DNA from: Bacillota bacterium
GTDB lineage: Bacteria; Bacillota; Limnochordia; DTU087
DNA: 64,000 bases
Direction: 5' to 3'
Assembly: GCA_012735435.1 (NCBI GenBank)
Contig: JAAYHH010000011.1
Span: 14,141 to 78,140 of the forward strand
Position numbers and translations under genes: made by a program. This document shows positions 26,018 to 33,791 of this stretch, in pieces. The notes beneath the pieces were generated by a model. The model had not been told where the DNA came from and did not search any database. It saw only the letters and a program-made list of their open reading frames with translations. Every line of letters starts with the position of its first letter. Within the stretch, counting starts at the first letter, position 1.

Positions 26018-27574
26018 TTAGTTTACAAACCCGATAATCAACGCCAGTACCGCTGCAATGGTTGCGATATTGGCGGCACTCTTAAGACTCTGATTCTGCT
26101 TCTCAGCATGGGTTCGGTAGCTGTCAAACTCATCCCGCAGCTCCTGCAGCTGCCGCTCCAGCCGCTGTTCCCGCATTAGGGCTGCATTGATCTGGGCAGA
26201 TGATTGTGTAATCACCCGCTCATCAACGGCTGCCAGGGCAGACTCTGTGGCGCTTACCCGCTCCTGCAGTATAGAAACAGCTGCCTGCAGCTCTTCAACG
26301 TAATCCTGCAGATCTGCAAGATCCTTGCTGTCAGCTGCTGCACCCTGCTGCAAGATATTGGTCCTCTTGTCTAAGGCAGCGATCTTCTGAGAAATATTTA
26401 CAAGGTCTGTCTGGACTGCCTCCAAACTCCTAACCAGGTCTTGACGCAGACCGCTGACATCCTTCATCAATTGCCCATCCGCGGCAGCCATAGCTTCTCC
26501 CTGTTTCAAGACTTGATCCTGGAGCGCCTGCACATCTTCGGCAAGTGCAGCCGTCTCCTCAGAGCGGGCAAGTCTTTCCTCCGCTACAGCCTGCTGCAGC
26601 TGTCCAATTTCAGCGGTTAGCTGATCATCCCTCTGGGCGGATTCTTCTTGCCAGCTGCTCAGCTCTTGCTCCATTTGGACAAGCTGCTGGACAACCTCAG
26701 ACAGGCCCTTTTCCACCCGACTGATCTCTTCTGCCAGTTCAGCATCGGCCTCTTGCATGGCGTTCTGCAGTAAGCTTAAAGCCGCATCCCGTTCCGCAAA
26801 GCTGCTCTGGACCTTTACACCCAAAGCCTCCTCCAGCGCTACTAGTGAGTCAGTGTGGAGTGCCAGCATCCGGGTGTGCTCATCTAACCTTGCTTCATTG
26901 GCTTCAACAGCGGCCTCGGTATCGGCCAGGGCTGCTGCCTGTTTGACAAGCTCATCCTCAAGGGCTTGAAGCTTACGGCCCTGGTCAGCAGCCTGCTGCC
27001 TAAGGTCTGCATCAGCAGCTTCGAGGCGCCGGGTGGTATCGGCAACCTGCTGCTGGAGGGCGGCAATTTCCGCCAATATGGCTGCTGCCTGCTCCTGTAT
27101 AGAGGTGCGGATAGCTGCATCTTCCTGCTCCATTGTGTCGATGACCTTAGTCACAGTCTCATCCATTACCTGAACACGACGCTGGGTTTCGGTAACGGAA
27201 GCTGACAGCTCTTCCCTTTGATTATACCACCGTACAAGTTCATCCCTAAACTCGGTAGAAAGTGTCCGGAGCAGTTCCAAATCCTCCTGAGTTACACCCA
27301 GCTGCCCTTTTTCGATGTCCACTAGGAGCCGGCCAACTACTGAAGCCAGCGTATACCTATCGACAGGTCTCTGACCTTGAAAAGTTCCATCGGTATAGAG
27401 AGCAAGATAACCTTCCTGGACTAACTTTTGAACACCCTCATAGGCCCAATGGTCTGCAGGCACATCGCTGATCTGCTGTGCAGTCTGCTGGGCAAAAACA
27501 AGATTCCCCTGACCTACCAACAGCAGCAAAAACAGTAGTACAACTCCTATTCTTCGAATTGTCCTCGACTCCAT
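26018..27574 (-). CDS. SLH-domain, long coiled-coil, C-terminally membrane-anchored protein (Omp-alpha-like architecture)
   Basis: Signal peptide ending LVFAQQ. One SLH motif (DVPADHWAYEGVQKLVQEGYLALYTDGTFQGQRPVDRYTLA). About 390 aa of Ala/Gln/Glu/Leu-rich heptad-like sequence. Terminal hydrophobic tail IATIAAVLALIIGFVN. Confidence 0.75.
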   Translation of the reverse strand: MESRTIRRIGVVLLFLLLLVGQGNLVFAQQTAQQISDVPADHWAYEGVQKLVQEGYLALYTDGTFQGQRPVDRYTLASVVGRLLVDIEKGQLGVTQEDLELLRTLSTEFRDELVRWYNQREELSASVTETQRRVQVMDETVTKVIDTMEQEDAAIRTSIQEQAAAILAEIAALQQQVADTTRRLEAADADLRQQAADQGRKLQALEDELVKQAAALADTEAAVEANEARLDEHTRMLALHTDSLVALEEALGVKVQSSFAERDAALSLLQNAMQEADAELAEEISRVEKGLSEVVQQLVQMEQELSSWQEESAQRDDQLTAEIGQLQQAVAEERLARSEETAALAEDVQALQDQVLKQGEAMAAADGQLMKDVSGLRQDLVRSLEAVQTDLVNISQKIAALDKRTNILQQGAAADSKDLADLQDYVEELQAAVSILQERVSATESALAAVDERVITQSSAQINAALMREQRLERQLQELRDEFDSYRTHAEKQNQSLKSAANIATIAAVLALIIGFVN

Positions 27575-27630
27575 TTCCTCCCGCCCCCTGTCAATCTTCT
27601 TTGCTCCTCAGTGTTTTCCCAGCACCTTTG

Positions 27631-29664
27631 TTACCTGGCAACAGTAACCGGCAGTTCCATGGGTCCCAATTCGATCACCTGTCCACTGGTGGTGGTCAGC
27701 TTGGTACCCAGCAGCTGGATGACACCGGTGCCTTCAGCGCCTGCCACAAACCGGATTGAACACAGGTTACCTGTCAATCGACTGGGTCCCAGCTGTGAAA
27801 GCCCCCGGAGTTTCACCTGGATAATGCCCTGTGACGGCTGCAGCTCCACCTCCATCGGAGCGGCATCTCCCACGGCAGCCGATAGAGGTGCCAGGACCTC
27901 GCCCCGCTCTACTCCAAGGCGGCCGCCGGCTACCCGCATCAGGTCCACTGGAAACTTAAGCAAGAACTCTGCCTCTTCGATGTTCTTCAGATTATAGCCC
28001 CTTATGGCCGTCTTCATAGGCCCTCCCACAACAGCGGGGCCTGTCCCCTCTGCGATGAGTCTGATCATTTGGGGAAGCTGCGGTATGCTGATAAATTCAT
28101 TTACAATCAGCGGTTCGGTGGCACCGGACTCCACCCTCACCGAATAGGGCAGGCTGTCACTGGCCACATCGGTTGGGGTTAAGAACCACTGAACCACAAT
28201 GGACTCCTGTGGACCGAGATCTCCGCAGAGTTTAGTCCGCCCCTCACCAGGGGCCAGCTGAAGCCCCAAGGGTGCCTGCCATTGGGCATGAACCCACGGT
28301 GCATTCATTTCACCGACATTGGTGATGGTGGCCCTAACGGCAAAGGGTACCGGCTGCAGACTTCCATCTTCAACTAAGAGACGGGGCGGTGCGGAGATTT
28401 TCACCTGCAGTTCGGCAGGTTTGGCGATCCTAACTTGCCGCCGCACCCGGTTGGGCTCACTGTTGGCAGCTTCAACCTTTACTTCGTAGCTGATTTCACC
28501 TCTAATATGGTCAGCCACTTCCACTTGCCAGGCCAGCTGTACTGACTCTCCCACTTCCAAATTACCCAGGCTGCCGCCGGCCTCCTGTCCAGGAACCAGG
28601 GACAAGCCGCTGGGCAGTTCAATGGCTATCCTAACATCCCTAGCCTCACCTTCGCCGCTGTTCTCCAGATAGGCGACAATCGGGAACCTTGTCGGTCCGT
28701 CGGGGGCGTGGGAGACTACAGCAGGTGATGTGACTCCCAAGGAAAGCTTTCCGGGAGCAATGGTTATACCGCCAAGCCCGTAGTAAGTTACCCAAGTAAC
28801 GCTCTCGCCGGGACCGAGGGTGACCGGATCCCAAAACATAGCAATCGCCGAATCCAGCTCAAATTCACCCTTCCGGAGGAAAATGCGGCCAGGGTCAAAA
28901 TCAAAATCCCAGATGCTCTCTGCCAAAGCTCCCCAGTTGCTGAAGTACACCCGATCAGGCGGGGTTACCCCTGAACCCCGCAGGGTTCCCTGGGACATAA
29001 CCTGGGGATCGGCCAGGGAGTCGAATGCCTGCCAAAACTCCGGTATAGCTCCTCCGGTAAACAATGTATCGGTAGTAACAGCCTGCTGCTCTACCCTAAA
29101 GGGGGCACCGTCATTGGCGCCCAACATAGTATCCAGCATAAGCCGCATGGCTACGCTGTGGGAAACAGAATCCTCATTGGTCAAAGTATAGGCAATCCGG
29201 GCTGTATCTTGCAGACCAGTGGTGCTGCTTCGGGTAAAGCTGAGGATCTGCTCCGCTTTCACCGGCCCTAGTTTATATACAGTGCTGATGGCATTTCCCT
29301 GGATAACTTCGGGTCCTGAGATCAGCTCCCCGAATGGTCCTTGTCTTCCAGCGGAGGTCTGTGTCGGACCGCCAAATACATAGTTGCGACCGTCTATTTG
29401 GATCGTGGTGTAAGAAGTCCAAGGATCGGCCATGCCGTAAACTAAGGGTTTGTTTTCATCACCGATCCGGTCAGGATCTCCGCCGGTGGTGTTGATGGAG
29501 AACCGGCCGGTGTTTTCTTCGCCTCCGTTGACAATGATGGAAATGTATTCATTGGCGACAATGATATTGCTGCCGACGTTACCTTCGACCATAGCCCGGG
29601 CCTTCTCTACTTCACAGCTAATCAACATGACCGCAGCCAGGGCAATTGCCAACCAGCGCCGCAT
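27631..29664 (-). CDS. exported (possibly lipidated) 677-aa multidomain protein
   Basis: Signal MRRWLAIALAAVMLISC (lipobox-like LISC), or an AxA site KARA/M. It has an unrecognised ~300-aa N-domain. Two Ig/CARDB-like modules follow (IVAYLENSGEGEARDVRIAIELPSGL; VRATITNVGEMNAPWV). The C-terminal beta-sandwich resembles a cohesin (AEFLLKFPVDLMRV...GNLCSIRFVAGAEGTGVIQL). Confidence 0.7.
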   Translation of the reverse strand: MRRWLAIALAAVMLISCEVEKARAMVEGNVGSNIIVANEYISIIVNGGEENTGRFSINTTGGDPDRIGDENKPLVYGMADPWTSYTTIQIDGRNYVFGGPTQTSAGRQGPFGELISGPEVIQGNAISTVYKLGPVKAEQILSFTRSSTTGLQDTARIAYTLTNEDSVSHSVAMRLMLDTMLGANDGAPFRVEQQAVTTDTLFTGGAIPEFWQAFDSLADPQVMSQGTLRGSGVTPPDRVYFSNWGALAESIWDFDFDPGRIFLRKGEFELDSAIAMFWDPVTLGPGESVTWVTYYGLGGITIAPGKLSLGVTSPAVVSHAPDGPTRFPIVAYLENSGEGEARDVRIAIELPSGLSLVPGQEAGGSLGNLEVGESVQLAWQVEVADHIRGEISYEVKVEAANSEPNRVRRQVRIAKPAELQVKISAPPRLLVEDGSLQPVPFAVRATITNVGEMNAPWVHAQWQAPLGLQLAPGEGRTKLCGDLGPQESIVVQWFLTPTDVASDSLPYSVRVESGATEPLIVNEFISIPQLPQMIRLIAEGTGPAVVGGPMKTAIRGYNLKNIEEAEFLLKFPVDLMRVAGGRLGVERGEVLAPLSAAVGDAAPMEVELQPSQGIIQVKLRGLSQLGPSRLTGNLCSIRFVAGAEGTGVIQLLGTKLTTTSGQVIELGPMELPVTVAR

Positions 29665-29720
29665 TAATCACCAGCCCCCTAACTGTAGTATCGTTTCATT
29701 GGCGATCTATCGAGGAGCCA

Positions 29721-30647
29721 CTACTCGTTCCGGACATACCTGACACCATCGTAAAGAATCGATACCCTAAACTCCGGCGGACCGCTGAAGGAGACAGTTA
29801 CCGTCAGAATATAATCCTCCAGCAGCGGCTCCATTCGCCATCCGTTCTGGATAGTTAAGCTTGCTACCTGGTCTAGGCTTGCTGCCCCGGAAGACTGGAT
29901 GATGTCAATCCGGGTTGCTCTAGTAGACCCCTTGGGGACATAGGCATCCAGCTTCACAGTGCCTGCCAAGCCCTCGTTAATTGCATTCTTGGGGTACTGA
30001 ATCCGGCCACCGCCTGCTACCAGAGTGCTTGCCGCCGGCAGTGGAGGCAGTGGCGGTGGCGAAGGTGGTGTCGGTTCTGCCTCTTCATCGCTTTCTGTCT
30101 CGGATGAAGAACCGCCTGGTTCGCCGGCAGGGGCAGAATCGCCTCCAGCCATGACAGCATCTTGACCTTGCTCGCTGGTCAGGATTTGCTCCCCATTGCT
30201 GTCAGGCTGCGATAGAGCCTCTTCACTGGCTGCCGGATCCGGCTCAGGTTCAGGCTCAGGCACTACCCTGGTGTCAGGAGTCTTAACTTCCTCTTGGGGA
30301 GCCGGGGTCGTCTCCTGCGGCTTTGGTGCTGGCTCCGGTTCAGTCTTGGTTACCTCGGCCTTGGCAGTTTCAACCGGTTCCGGTTCTTCCTTCGGTGGCG
30401 TGGGTTCCTGACGACGGGGAGTTTGCTGCTGCGGCTGCTGCCTGACCGCTTGGGTTCTAGGCGCTGGCTGCTGGACCTCTACGGGTACAACAGAAATAAT
30501 ACCGCCGCCAGGACCTGCAAAAAGGCCGGGTCCAACCGCAAATTCCCAGCGGGGAAAGACAAAGAACAGCATTGCGTGAAGGATAAGCGAAATCAAGACA
30601 AAGGCTCCAAAGGAGCGGTCTGACTCATCTCCTGTATACATTGCCAC
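29721..30647 (-). CDS. TonB/TolA-type energy-transducing protein
   Basis: N-terminal TM with the SxxxH motif (FVLISLILHAMLFF). About 150 aa of Pro/Glu/Lys/Thr-rich spacer (EPEPEPDP, PPSPPPLPPLP). TonB_C-like end YPKNAINEGLAGTVKLDAYV...IIQSSGAASLDQVA. Confidence 0.75.
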   Translation of the reverse strand: MAMYTGDESDRSFGAFVLISLILHAMLFFVFPRWEFAVGPGLFAGPGGGIISVVPVEVQQPAPRTQAVRQQPQQQTPRRQEPTPPKEEPEPVETAKAEVTKTEPEPAPKPQETTPAPQEEVKTPDTRVVPEPEPEPDPAASEEALSQPDSNGEQILTSEQGQDAVMAGGDSAPAGEPGGSSSETESDEEAEPTPPSPPPLPPLPAASTLVAGGGRIQYPKNAINEGLAGTVKLDAYVPKGSTRATRIDIIQSSGAASLDQVASLTIQNGWRMEPLLEDYILTVTVSFSGPPEFRVSILYDGVRYVRNE

Positions 30648-30691
30648 ACCACCTCCCCTCGGATTTGGCTGACGCCAAAGGGTGTACCATG

Positions 30692-31105
30692 CTACCTGCC
30701 CCGGGGTTCAACTGCAAGGCCAAAGCGATATCCTCCCAGCTGCCGAACAACATCCATTACTTGAACTATATAATCATAGCGAGCCTCCCGGTCAGCTTTA
30801 ATGACGACAAAAAGGTCCGGCCTTTTCTCCAATGCTTTGCCGACCTCTGACCTTAGAGTATTACTACTGACCTGACGCTCACCCAAGAACATCCGTCCAT
30901 CTTTAGCTACAGAAATGGTGATCTGGCTGCTGGCTTGTCTGTCCCAACTTGCCGCCTTGGGCAGTTCAAGATTCAATCCTGCTGGATGGGTCTTAAAGGT
31001 CGTAGCCAGCATGAAGAACACCAAAACAGAAAAAATAATATCAACCAGCGGCACTATTTGAATCGTTGGCTTTTTGTTGCGGACAGAGCGGCGGGCTATC
31101 ATCAC
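30692..31105 (-). CDS. exbD: ExbD/TolR family proton-channel subunit
   Basis: A 137-aa protein. Its single TM carries the conserved Asp (IVPLVDIIFSVLVFFM), followed by a periplasmic domain (VVIKADREARYDYIVQVMD). It overlaps exbB by 4 nt. Confidence 0.85.
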   Translation of the reverse strand: MMIARRSVRNKKPTIQIVPLVDIIFSVLVFFMLATTFKTHPAGLNLELPKAASWDRQASSQITISVAKDGRMFLGERQVSSNTLRSEVGKALEKRPDLFVVIKADREARYDYIVQVMDVVRQLGGYRFGLAVEPRGR

Positions 31106-31716
31106 ACATCACCCCTCGCCTCAAAGATGGCCAACAGCTCCGAAGAGCGTTTGTTGATATCAACCACTAGGCGGTCGATTAATCCCGAAAGGTAAGAATA
31201 AATCAGAGTACCCGGAATGGCGATTACTAAGCCGGTTGCAGTTGTAATTAGGGCTTCTGCAATTCCTGTGCTTAAGGCAAGGGTATCATCTAAGCCGCCA
31301 ACCGCTGAAATCACTTGAAAACTATTGATAATACCTGTTACTGTACCTAAGAGACCAAGCAACGGTGCAGCGGTGATGATTGCATCGAGAAGTCCCAGCC
31401 GGCGTTCCATACGGAAGACCTCTTCATAGGCCACTTCTTCCAAGCGCTCTCGGATAAACTGCTTGTCCTTATCATAATGGGCTATCCCCGCCGCCAGTAC
31501 AGCCGCAACCGGGCCTCTGGTTTTCTTTGCTATCTGGATAGCTTCCAGGATTTTGCCTTGCTGAAGAGCCAGTTTAATGTCATCCATCAAATCCTCTGTA
31601 TCTACTCGACAGCGAAGCAAGTAGACCAGCCTTTCGAGAGAGACAGCTACCATCAATACAGAGCAAAGCAGCAACGGGATCATTACCGGGCCGCCCCGAA
31701 TGATCAAATCCAGCAT
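31102..31716 (-). CDS. exbB: MotA/TolQ/ExbB family proton-channel subunit
   Basis: Three TM spans and the conserved C-terminal half AAPLLGLLGTVTGIINSF...GIAEALITTATGLVIAIP. ATG 31716 follows GGAGG plus 8 nt; the track ORF starts at 31743. Confidence 0.85.
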   Translation of the reverse strand: MLDLIIRGGPVMIPLLLCSVLMVAVSLERLVYLLRCRVDTEDLMDDIKLALQQGKILEAIQIAKKTRGPVAAVLAAGIAHYDKDKQFIRERLEEVAYEEVFRMERRLGLLDAIITAAPLLGLLGTVTGIINSFQVISAVGGLDDTLALSTGIAEALITTATGLVIAIPGTLIYSYLSGLIDRLVVDINKRSSELLAIFEARGDV

Positions 31717-31756
31717 TCTATATACCTCCACTCCGTCCCACATTCATTGGGTAAGA

Positions 31757-31783
31757 CTATTCGACAATCAGGTACCATATCCT
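31757..31783 (-). promoter_or_regulatory. candidate sigma-H type promoter for the exbB operon
   Basis: Minus strand GAAGGATAT (-35, RNAGGAWWW), then 14 nt, then GTCGAATAG (-10, RNNGAATWW). The AGGA-to-GAAT distance of 21 nt matches my recollection of the spoVG promoter. The -10 overlaps Spo0A box 1. Confidence 0.35.
31760..31766 (-). promoter_or_regulatory. Spo0A-box heptamer 1
   Basis: Minus strand TGTCGAA, a perfect 0A-box core, in the context TTGTCGAATA. Confidence 0.4.
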
Positions 31784-31865
31784 TCCTGGCTATTCCCTTG
31801 AGAAACTCCCACGAGAATTTCCTCTAAAGGCCTACGTGCTTCCCTGATTTTCCCCTCTTGGCATT

Positions 31866-31872
31866 TTCGACA
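31866..31872 (-). promoter_or_regulatory. Spo0A-box heptamer 2
   Basis: Minus strand TGTCGAA in the context TTGTCGAAAA. It has the same orientation as box 1 and lies 106 bp upstream of it. Confidence 0.4.
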
Positions 31873-31931
31873 AGGCAAGAGACAACTCCTGCCGTCAAAA
31901 GTCCATCTGAAACAAAGAAAGACGTGGATAT

Positions 31932-31960
31932 GAATAGGGAAATGTCCCCAGGATATGCTA
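31932..31960 (+). promoter_or_regulatory. candidate forespore (sigma-G/F type) promoter for the SASP gene
   Basis: GAATA (GHATR), 17 nt spacer, TATGCTA (consensus CATXHTA, first base mismatched). It lies about 30 nt before the start codon. Confidence 0.35.
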
Positions 31961-31985
31961 CCATCAAGATGCTTTTCGACGGGAG

Positions 31986-32213
31986 ATGGGATCTATAATG
32001 GATAGGGAATTAGAAGCAGTTCGGGATCGAGCCATGGACCAGCTCAAGCATGATTTAATAAAAGAGATGGGCTTGTGGGACCTAGTGCAGACCGAAGGCT
32101 GGGGAGCACTGCCGGCCAAGGACTGCGGCCGTATCGGTGGGAAGATGGCAACGAGGCTCAGCCCCAACATCCTCCGGAAAATAGCTGACATGAGCCAAAC
32201 ACAGGGCAAGTAG
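31986..32213 (+). CDS. alpha/beta-type small acid-soluble spore protein
   Basis: LKHDLIKEMGL...ALPAKDCGRIGGKMATRL follows the two conserved SASP blocks (LKxExAxExG and TxxxxGxVGGxxxKRL). The start could be ATG 31986 or ATG 31998. Confidence 0.75.
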   Translation: MGSIMDRELEAVRDRAMDQLKHDLIKEMGLWDLVQTEGWGALPAKDCGRIGGKMATRLSPNILRKIADMSQTQGK

Positions 32214-32234
32214 GAAGCGGGCTGTTGATGGCAA

Positions 32235-32266
32235 CAAAAAAGGCGGTGACCCTGTCGTCTACCGCC
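32235..32266 (-). terminator. terminator after the acetyltransferase gene
   Basis: Minus sense GGCGGU-AGACGACAGGGUC-ACCGCC followed by UUUUUUG. Confidence 0.55.
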
Positions 32267-32278
32267 CTGGGGATCTTC

Positions 32279-32845
32279 TCAGCCTGCCAAGAGCCTGTAC
32301 TGGGGATGAATTTCATAAAATTCGTCTCTTAGGATGCGCATCAAATAGATTTCCCTCAGCTCCTCGGAACTCCGTGTTCGAATGAGCTTACCCTCTTTCT
32401 TAAATCCGGCCTTCTCATAACAGCGAATCGCAGGGCGATTGGTGCTGGCGACACGCAAGTATACGCGGGAAAGCTTCATTTCACCAAAGGCATAACACAG
32501 GAGGGCTGTAACGCTCTCCAATCCATAACCTTTTCCCCGATAATCACCTTCGCCGATGCGGATTCGAAGCTCTGCATCGCCGCTGCGCCAGGCAATGTGG
32601 TCTAACTCAATATCACCGATGGGAACTCCATTTCGGGTGGTAATTACCAGCCGTCGGATATGGCGGTTGCTGCGCTGTTTTTCATACCACTCCTGACAAT
32701 CCGCCAGGGTTTCAGGATAACCATCATCCTCCATATAATGTCCTACTTCTGGGTCCTTGGTCCATTTAACTATCTCGGGAAAATCCGACGGCATAATCGG
32801 CCGGAGGATGATCCTCTCCCCTTCAATTTTCATGTCTGCTGCCAC
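32279..32845 (-). CDS. GNAT family N-acetyltransferase (RimJ/RimL-like)
   Basis: ILRPIMPSDFPEIVKW...RIRIGEGDYRGKGYGLESVTALLCYAF...NRPAIRCYEKAGFKKEG (acetyl-CoA binding R/Q-x-x-G-x-G/A). Confidence 0.8.
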   Translation of the reverse strand: MAADMKIEGERIILRPIMPSDFPEIVKWTKDPEVGHYMEDDGYPETLADCQEWYEKQRSNRHIRRLVITTRNGVPIGDIELDHIAWRSGDAELRIRIGEGDYRGKGYGLESVTALLCYAFGEMKLSRVYLRVASTNRPAIRCYEKAGFKKEGKLIRTRSSEELREIYLMRILRDEFYEIHPQYRLLAG

Positions 32846-33014
32846 CTCTTTGCCTACAGCATCTGCTGCGTTGTTTAAGCCGCGAAATCTGGTTCGTCTA
32901 CAGTTACTAGCGGGCGATTCCTAAGTTAAGGCTTCTACTTAGATTTCTACTTAATCAGAGCCTAACCTTTAGGCAATAGCAGCCAGTCATGCCACGTGAC
33001 AGCAAAGGTGACAA

Positions 33015-33779
33015 CTATTCCATCAGGGACTCCCGCAGTAGGCCGGTAATCCGTTTCTCCAGTCTTGATACCTGCCCTTGGGAAATCCCCAGCATTTCCG
33101 CCACTTCAGTTTGGGTTCGCTCTTGTATAAAACGCAGGACCACAATGGCCCGATCCCTGGGGGACAGCTCCTCACAAGCCTGCTTCAGGGCGTAGTTTTC
33201 TATCCACGTGTCCGATTCCGGCTCTACTCCCAGCTTGTCTTCCAGATGAAGGGCGCTTTCACTGTCTTCGTGAATGACTTCGTGGATGGATAGTATAGGA
33301 GCCACTGCCTCCAAGGCCTCAACTACTTCCTCCCGCTCCATGCCCAGTAAGTCACCGATTTCCCCTGGGGTTGGCGCTCTGCCCAAGCGCTGCTCCAAAC
33401 TATCCCTTGCCCTGATGGCTGCCGCGGCTTTCTCCCGCAAGGTACGGCCAAGCTTAATAGCCCCTTCCTCCCGGAGAAAGCGGCGGATTTCCCCCATGAT
33501 CACCGGCACCGCATAGGTGGAGAATTGAACACCGTAGGAAAGATCAAAGTTATCAATTGCTTTGACAAGTCCGATGCAGGCTACCTGGAACAAATCATCA
33601 AGTTCTCCTCTGCCGCTGAAGCGCTGAGCGATGGACATGGCCAGCCGCAGGTTGGCCTCAATCAGCTGCTCCCTTGCTTCAGCATTGCCAGCCTGTGCTT
33701 CAGCCAGCAGGCTCTGGACTTCCTCTGAGGTTAAGCTCAAAGCTGGAGGCAGTTGGATCTTGCCTGAAGGCTCTTGCAT
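33015..33779 (-). CDS. sigF: sporulation sigma factor F
   Basis: Colinear with Bacillus SigF as I recall it: DDLFQVACIGLVKAIDNFDLSYGVQFSTYAVPVIMGEIRRFLRE...QTEVAEMLGISQGQVSRLEKR. It is the third gene of a spoIIA-type operon. Confidence 0.9.
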   Translation of the reverse strand: MQEPSGKIQLPPALSLTSEEVQSLLAEAQAGNAEAREQLIEANLRLAMSIAQRFSGRGELDDLFQVACIGLVKAIDNFDLSYGVQFSTYAVPVIMGEIRRFLREEGAIKLGRTLREKAAAAIRARDSLEQRLGRAPTPGEIGDLLGMEREEVVEALEAVAPILSIHEVIHEDSESALHLEDKLGVEPESDTWIENYALKQACEELSPRDRAIVVLRFIQERTQTEVAEMLGISQGQVSRLEKRITGLLRESLME

Positions 33780-33791
33780 AGTGCTCTCTCC

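Noticed and set aside
29990-30420. Short tandem-looking GAGCC/GGTTC repeats, checked as a possible repeat array
   Set aside because: They lie inside the tonB-type gene and simply encode its Pro/Glu-rich spacer (EPEPEPDP etc.). The same applies to the acidic nusA tail. I found no CRISPR-like repeat-spacer periodicity anywhere in the window.
29721-31716. Using exbB-exbD-tonB as proof that the host has an outer membrane
   Set aside because: The window contains no outer-membrane biogenesis genes or beta-barrel proteins. The presence of a Ton/Tol-type motor alone does not establish envelope type, so the point is left open in the findings.
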